Of a stretch of DNA of 32,000 nucleotides, positions 28,219 through 32,000 are shown one piece after another. A program made the translations under genes and the position numbers. Source of the DNA: an uncultured Actinomycetes bacterium (GTDB lineage: Bacteria; Actinomycetota; Actinomycetes; S36-B12; CAIYMF01); the NCBI GenBank assembly GCA_963843975.1, contig CAWJMG010000003.1:1650001-1682000 (forward strand), in the 5' to 3' direction. How positions within the stretch are numbered: position 1 is the stretch's first letter; each line of letters begins with the position of its first letter. Under the pieces are notes generated by a model, which was not told the DNA's origin, made no database searches, and was given only the letters and a program-made list of their open reading frames with translations.

Positions 28219-28346
28219 GACGGGATCGACGCCGCCGCGGCGGGGTGCGTGCGCGGGCGCGTGCGGAGGCTCGTACGGCGTCGCGGTCGCCGAGACGTCC
28301 TCGACGACGTCGTCGGGCGAGAAGGCGTCGTCCCCCCGGCCGGGGG

Positions 28347-28673
28347 TCAGGACCCGTCCTTGCCGTCGCCCGAGCCGCCCTTGCCGTCCTTGCCCTTCTT
28401 GTCCGGGATGCCCTCGTAGATCCGCTTGCAGTCGGGGCAGACCGGGAACTTGTTCGGGTCGCGGCCGGGCACCCAGACCTTGCCGCACAGGGCGATCACA
28501 GGGGCGCCCGTGACGGCGGACTCGACGATCTTGTCCTTCTTCACGTAGTGCGCGAAGCGCTCGTGGTCGCCGTCGCCGAAGGACGTGTCGGGCCTGTCCT
28601 CGACGAGGGTGCCGAGGCCGGTGTCCGGCTCGGCGAGAGGCAGCGGCTCGGTCTCGGGGGGCATCGTCGACAT
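28347..28673 (-). CDS. DUF3039 domain-containing protein
   Basis: 108 aa from ATG 28673. Core ERFAHYVKKDKIVESAVTGAPVIALCGKVWVPGRDPNKFPVCPDCKRIY, typical of actinobacterial DUF3039. Lys/Gly/Asp-rich tail. Confidence 0.85.
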   Translation of the reverse strand: MSTMPPETEPLPLAEPDTGLGTLVEDRPDTSFGDGDHERFAHYVKKDKIVESAVTGAPVIALCGKVWVPGRDPNKFPVCPDCKRIYEGIPDKKGKDGKGGSGDGKDGS

Positions 28674-28729
28674 GCGGTCATGGTACGGGCGACGCGCGGT
28701 CGCGTCGCCGTCGTACGGCGGGCGACGCG

Positions 28730-29320
28730 TCAGTTGAGCGAGGGGTCGACCGACGGCGTGGCGAGGAAGGCGAGGTCGCCGGGCTGGCGTCGCAGGACGC
28801 GGAGCCAGAGGTCGTCGGGCTCGACGGCGAAGACGTCGTCGGCGCCTCCGTCGACGACGTACCAGTCGCCGCGCGCGAGCTCCTCGACGAGCTGCCCCTC
28901 GGCCCACCCGGCGTACCCGGCGAAGATGCGGACGGCGACGAGGGCGGGGTCGGCCGCCTCGGGGTCGAGGTCGAGGTCGAGCAGTCCGTACGGCCCGGCG
29001 ACGCGGCGGAAGCCGTCGGGCTCCGGGCCGTCGACGGGGCCTCGGAGCAGGGCGATCGCGAGGGCGCTGTCCTCTGCGACCGGTCCGCCGTCGAACAGGA
29101 CGTCGGTGCCGGTGGTGCGGCCGTCCCAGCTCGGGAGGACCGCGCCCACGGGCACGTGCGACGGTCGGTTGAGCACGACGCCGAGCGTGCCCTCCTCGTC
29201 GTGGTCGATGAGGAAGACCACCGTGCGGGCGAAGTTCGGGTCGGCCATGGCGGGCGCGGCCACCAGCAGACGGCCGGCGACCGGCACCGCCGGGGGCACG
29301 TCCAGGGGCTCGAGCGTCAC
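28730..29320 (-). CDS. YqgE/AlgH family protein (UPF0301)
   Basis: 196 aa. Contains GRLLVAAPAMADPNFARTVVFLIDHDEEGTLGVVLNRP and FAGYAGWAEGQLEEE-like motifs. GTG start at 29320. Confidence 0.88.
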   Translation of the reverse strand: MTLEPLDVPPAVPVAGRLLVAAPAMADPNFARTVVFLIDHDEEGTLGVVLNRPSHVPVGAVLPSWDGRTTGTDVLFDGGPVAEDSALAIALLRGPVDGPEPDGFRRVAGPYGLLDLDLDPEAADPALVAVRIFAGYAGWAEGQLVEELARGDWYVVDGGADDVFAVEPDDLWLRVLRRQPGDLAFLATPSVDPSLN

Positions 29321-29519
29321 GCGCTCAGCATGCCAAACGTCGGGGGCTGCGGCGCCAGGTGTCGCACGTCACCGTTTCGATACCGGAGATTCCGCACGCG
29401 CGGCCTACTGGGGCGTATCCTGACTCTGCGTGAGGCTGTGACCACACGTGGTAAGGATCGTTCGGCCGCCCGGGTGAAGTGGTCATCCCGGTCGGTGAAG
29501 GTCGAGGGAGGCGGATCCC

Positions 29520-29855
29520 ATGCCCCAGCAACCGCTGGCCCAGGTCCCGATGGACGCGACGTGGGAGTGGCAGGAGCACGGTGCGTGCCGCGAGGCGGAC
29601 ACGGCCCTGTTCTTCCATCCGCAGAACGAGCGCGGCCTGTCGCGCATCCGCCGCGACCGCGCCGCCAAGTCCGTGTGCACGCGCTGCGAGGTGCGCCTCG
29701 AGTGCGCCGACTACGCGATCCGCGCCCGTGAGCCGTACGGCGTCTGGGGCGGCCTCACGGAGGAGGAGCGCGAGCACATCTACGTCAAGGCGGCGCTCAC
29801 GACCTACGGACGCGAGAAGGGCGCCGGCCTCCGCGCCGCCGTCGATCTCCTCTAG
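29520..29855 (+). CDS. WhiB-family (Wbl) iron-sulfur transcriptional regulator
   Basis: 111 aa. Four Cys in the Wbl pattern (GAC...VCTRCEVRLEC) and the GVWGG turn. GGGAGG lies upstream of ATG 29520, with a leader of about 200 nt. Confidence 0.9.
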   Translation: MPQQPLAQVPMDATWEWQEHGACREADTALFFHPQNERGLSRIRRDRAAKSVCTRCEVRLECADYAIRAREPYGVWGGLTEEEREHIYVKAALTTYGREKGAGLRAAVDLL

Positions 29856-29869
29856 CCCGCACGACATCC

Positions 29870-29903
29870 GACGCGCGCGACATCAGCCGATGTCGCGCGC
29901 GTC
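29870..29903 (+). terminator. Perfect 15-bp stem hairpin after whiB
   Basis: GACGCGCGCGACATC-agcc-GATGTCGCGCGCGTC, starting 15 nt after the TAG stop. No U-tract. Confidence 0.55.
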
Positions 29904-29968
29904 GTCGCGTCTGCGGCGTCCTCGGACGTTGACCGGCGTACGGCGCGCGCGAGCGGCAGGATCGGGGC

Positions 29969-31195
29969 ATGGCATTCCAGGTCGACTCCGAGGTCGGCGT
30001 CCTGCACGACGTGATCCTGCACCGGCCGGGCCTCGAGCTCTCGCGGCTCACGCCGCAGAACGTCGACGAGCTCCTCTTCGACGACGTCATGTGGGCGGCC
30101 CGCGCGCAGGAGGAGCACGACGCGTTCTCGGCTGAGCTCCGCGCGCGCGGGGTGCGCGTGCACCTGTTCGGCGAGCTGCTGGCCGACGTCCTCGCGATCC
30201 CCGAGGGGCGCGAGTTCATCCTCGAGCGCGTGGCCGACGTCCATTGGGTCGGGCCGCAGCTGGTCGAGCCCCTGCGCGAGCTGCTCGGCTCGGTCGATGC
30301 CGCGACCGCGGCAGAGCTGCTGATCGGCGGCATCCTGAAGCGCGACCTCGACCTGCCGGCGCACACGTCGCTGCTGTGGGACTCGCTGTCGGCGTACGAC
30401 TTCGTTCTGACGCCGTTGCCGAACCACCTCTTCCAGCGCGACAACTCGGCGTTCGTCTACGACGGATTGTCCGTGCACCCCATGGCCAAGCCGGCACGGC
30501 AGCGCGAGACGGTGCACTCGCGCGCGATCTTCCGCCACCACCCGATGTTCGCGGACGCCGGTCTTCACTTCTACTACGGCGACGACGACGCGCACCACCA
30601 GCCTGCGACGTGCGAGGGCGGCGACATCCTCGTGATCGGCAACGGCGCGGTGATGATCGGCATGGGCGAACGGACGACGCCGCAGGGCATCGGCATGCTC
30701 GTGCGCGGCTGGTTCAGCGACCCTCGGCACCGGGTGAGGACCGTGATCGTCGTCGAGCTGCCGAAGGTGCGCGCGTTCATGCACCTCGACACCGCCATGA
30801 CGATGGTCGACCGCGACGCGTTCAGCGTGTACCCGTTCCTGCCGCCGCAGCTGAAGTCGTGGACGCTCACCGGTCGTGGCGAGGGCGGCGACTACGACGT
30901 CGTCGAGAACGCGGCGCTGTTCCCCGTGGTGGCCGAGGCGCTCGGCGTCGAGCGGGTGCGGGTGCTGACCACGCCGATCGACGAGATGGGCGCGGCACGC
31001 GAGCAGTGGGACGACGGCAACAACTTCCTCGCGCTCTCGCCCGGCGTGATCGTGGGCTACGAGCGCAACACGACGACGAACGCGTTCCTCGCCCGCAACG
31101 GCATCGAGGTCGTGGCGATCGCCGGCTCAGAGCTCGGCCGTGGCCGCGGCGGCCCCCGCTGCATGTCCAACCCCATCAACCGAACCCCCGCCTAA
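29969..31195 (+). CDS. arcA: Arginine deiminase
   Basis: 408 aa. N-terminus SEVGVLHDVILHRPGLEL, and the C-terminal catalytic Cys context GRGGPRCMSNPI. Confidence 0.93.
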   Translation: MAFQVDSEVGVLHDVILHRPGLELSRLTPQNVDELLFDDVMWAARAQEEHDAFSAELRARGVRVHLFGELLADVLAIPEGREFILERVADVHWVGPQLVEPLRELLGSVDAATAAELLIGGILKRDLDLPAHTSLLWDSLSAYDFVLTPLPNHLFQRDNSAFVYDGLSVHPMAKPARQRETVHSRAIFRHHPMFADAGLHFYYGDDDAHHQPATCEGGDILVIGNGAVMIGMGERTTPQGIGMLVRGWFSDPRHRVRTVIVVELPKVRAFMHLDTAMTMVDRDAFSVYPFLPPQLKSWTLTGRGEGGDYDVVENAALFPVVAEALGVERVRVLTTPIDEMGAAREQWDDGNNFLALSPGVIVGYERNTTTNAFLARNGIEVVAIAGSELGRGRGGPRCMSNPINRTPA

Positions 31196-31230
31196 CTTCG
31201 CTGTTCTTCCCTTAGGGAAGGAAACCGAAG
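31196..31230. terminator. Imperfect AT-richer hairpin between the convergent arcA and DUF559 genes
   Basis: CTTCG...CTTCCC-tta-GGGAAG...CGAAG: a 6-bp inner stem and a 5-bp outer stem with internal mismatches, followed by TT. It starts directly after the arcA TAA. Confidence 0.4.
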
Positions 31231-31271
31231 TTGAGCTGCACGAAGGCCGCCCAGAATCGCGATCTTGAGCG

Positions 31272-32000
31272 CTATGCGGCCGCTGCAAGCTGGGCGCGAA
31301 TCTCCGCGACCACCCTGTGTGGCTCATGGACCAGGTCGTGCCACGTGAAGCGAAGGGGACGGTAGCCCAGCGCCACGAGACGGTTCTGCCGCGAGCGGTC
31401 TCGTTGGAAGGCCATCGCGTTCGAGTGATAGGCCTCCCCGTCCAGCTCGACCACGAGCTTCGCATCTTCGAACAGCAGGTCGACGATCCCCACGAGCCCC
31501 GCGGAGTCGTGAACCGCGGCATTCGCCACCCAGCCCGTGATGCCCGCTCGGCGCAGCATCCGATGGGCGCGGACTTCGGAGTCCGAGTGCGCGTTGCCCA
31601 CGACGTCGGACACGACGGACCACGCCCGTCGGAGACCGTGCCGTTGTGGAGACGACGCGACAAGGGAGCGAAGCCCATCGGCGGTAGTGCGTCCACGTCG
31701 GAGTGCATCGACCGCCAGCGCTCGACCCGCCTCCTCCGGCAGCCACAGCAGACAGTCGAGAATGGTGCGCGGGAGCGTCGTGGACAGGACGCCGTCGACG
31801 GATTCGAGCTCCGAGTCAGAGACTTCGATGCGATGCGTGCGCAGGCCGGGAATGGCCACGCGCGCATTTCGTCCGACTATGGCGTGCACCTCGGGATCCG
31901 CCGGTACGAGCAGCCCATCACGGGCAGCGGCAGTCGTGTGGCTGACCACGGCGCCGAGACCGGCCGCCAGCGAGGCGGCGTACGACAGAGATACCGGTGT
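31272..32000 (-). CDS. DUF559 endonuclease-like domain protein, 5'-truncated by the window edge
   Basis: C-terminal DUF559 pattern VVELDGEAYHSN...DRSRQNRLVALGYRPLRFTWHDL. The frame stays open through 31950-32000 (…AAGLGAVVSHTTAA), so the gene continues beyond the window. GC and GC3 are visibly lower than in neighbouring genes. Confidence 0.7.
   Translation of the reverse strand, partial: TPVSLSYAASLAAGLGAVVSHTTAAARDGLLVPADPEVHAIVGRNARVAIPGLRTHRIEVSDSELESVDGVLSTTLPRTILDCLLWLPEEAGRALAVDALRRGRTTADGLRSLVASSPQRHGLRRAWSVVSDVVGNAHSDSEVRAHRMLRRAGITGWVANAAVHDSAGLVGIVDLLFEDAKLVVELDGEAYHSNAMAFQRDRSRQNRLVALGYRPLRFTWHDLVHEPHRVVAEIRAQLAAAA

Noticed and set aside
28350-28415. The Lys/Gly/Asp-rich tail of DUF3039, encoded by imperfect CCTTGCCGTC repeats
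   Set aside because: This is a real low-complexity extension, but short disordered tails are common. The repeats are too short and degenerate to suggest anything specific.
29321-29519. A CRP-type site (TGTGACCACACGTGG) and GGTGAAG(T)GGTC direct repeats in the whiB leader
   Set aside because: The candidate lacks the second TCACA half-site at the correct spacing. The short repeats are within chance expectation for this composition. No call could be supported.
24996-29855. The helicase, MFS, DUF3039, YqgE and WhiB cluster as a possible defence island
   Set aside because: All members are widely conserved actinobacterial housekeeping or neighbourhood genes with host-like composition. No nuclease, methylase, ATPase-effector pairing or mobile-element marker is present.

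Overview
This is a very high-GC (by eye above 70%) actinobacterial chromosomal segment, almost fully coding, with about 35 genes. The left third matches a conserved actinobacterial block: tRNA-Leu, rdgB-rph-MBL hydrolase-murI, cysM-cysO-mec, then DUF2017-clpS. As I recall it, this is the same order as M. tuberculosis Rv1341 to Rv1331. The only clearly accessory module sits inside that block: a xanthorhodopsin-type light-driven proton-pump opsin followed by a Brp/Blh beta-carotene 15,15'-dioxygenase (retinal synthase). The remaining genes are:
- a class-V-fold PLP enzyme
- a secreted GH18 hydrolase
- an unknown protein plus a GNAT
- a GH1 beta-glucosidase plus MFS operon
- an RDD/DUF2510 membrane protein
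- Lrp and IclR regulators
- a PBP4-type DD-peptidase
- a DUF308/HdeD-like protein
- a three-gene amino-acid ABC importer
- an SF2 helicase, an MFS transporter, DUF3039, YqgE/AlgH and WhiB
- arginine deiminase
- a 5'-truncated DUF559 gene in a lower-GC tail

I could not support any new multi-gene defence or mobile system. There is no CRISPR array, integrase or transposase. The items most worth follow-up are:
- the opsin-blh photo-module, including its antenna-permissive Gly and an 11-bp hairpin flanked by direct repeats between the two genes
- a two-copy REP-like palindromic element placed one base after TGA stop codons
- two genes (mec and the hdeD-like gene) interrupted by single-base frameshifts, which are either real pseudogenes or assembly indels

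Many long Arg/Pro/Ala-rich ORFs in the track are high-GC artefacts and are not reported. All homology statements come from my own recognition of motifs and remembered sequences. No database search was run.
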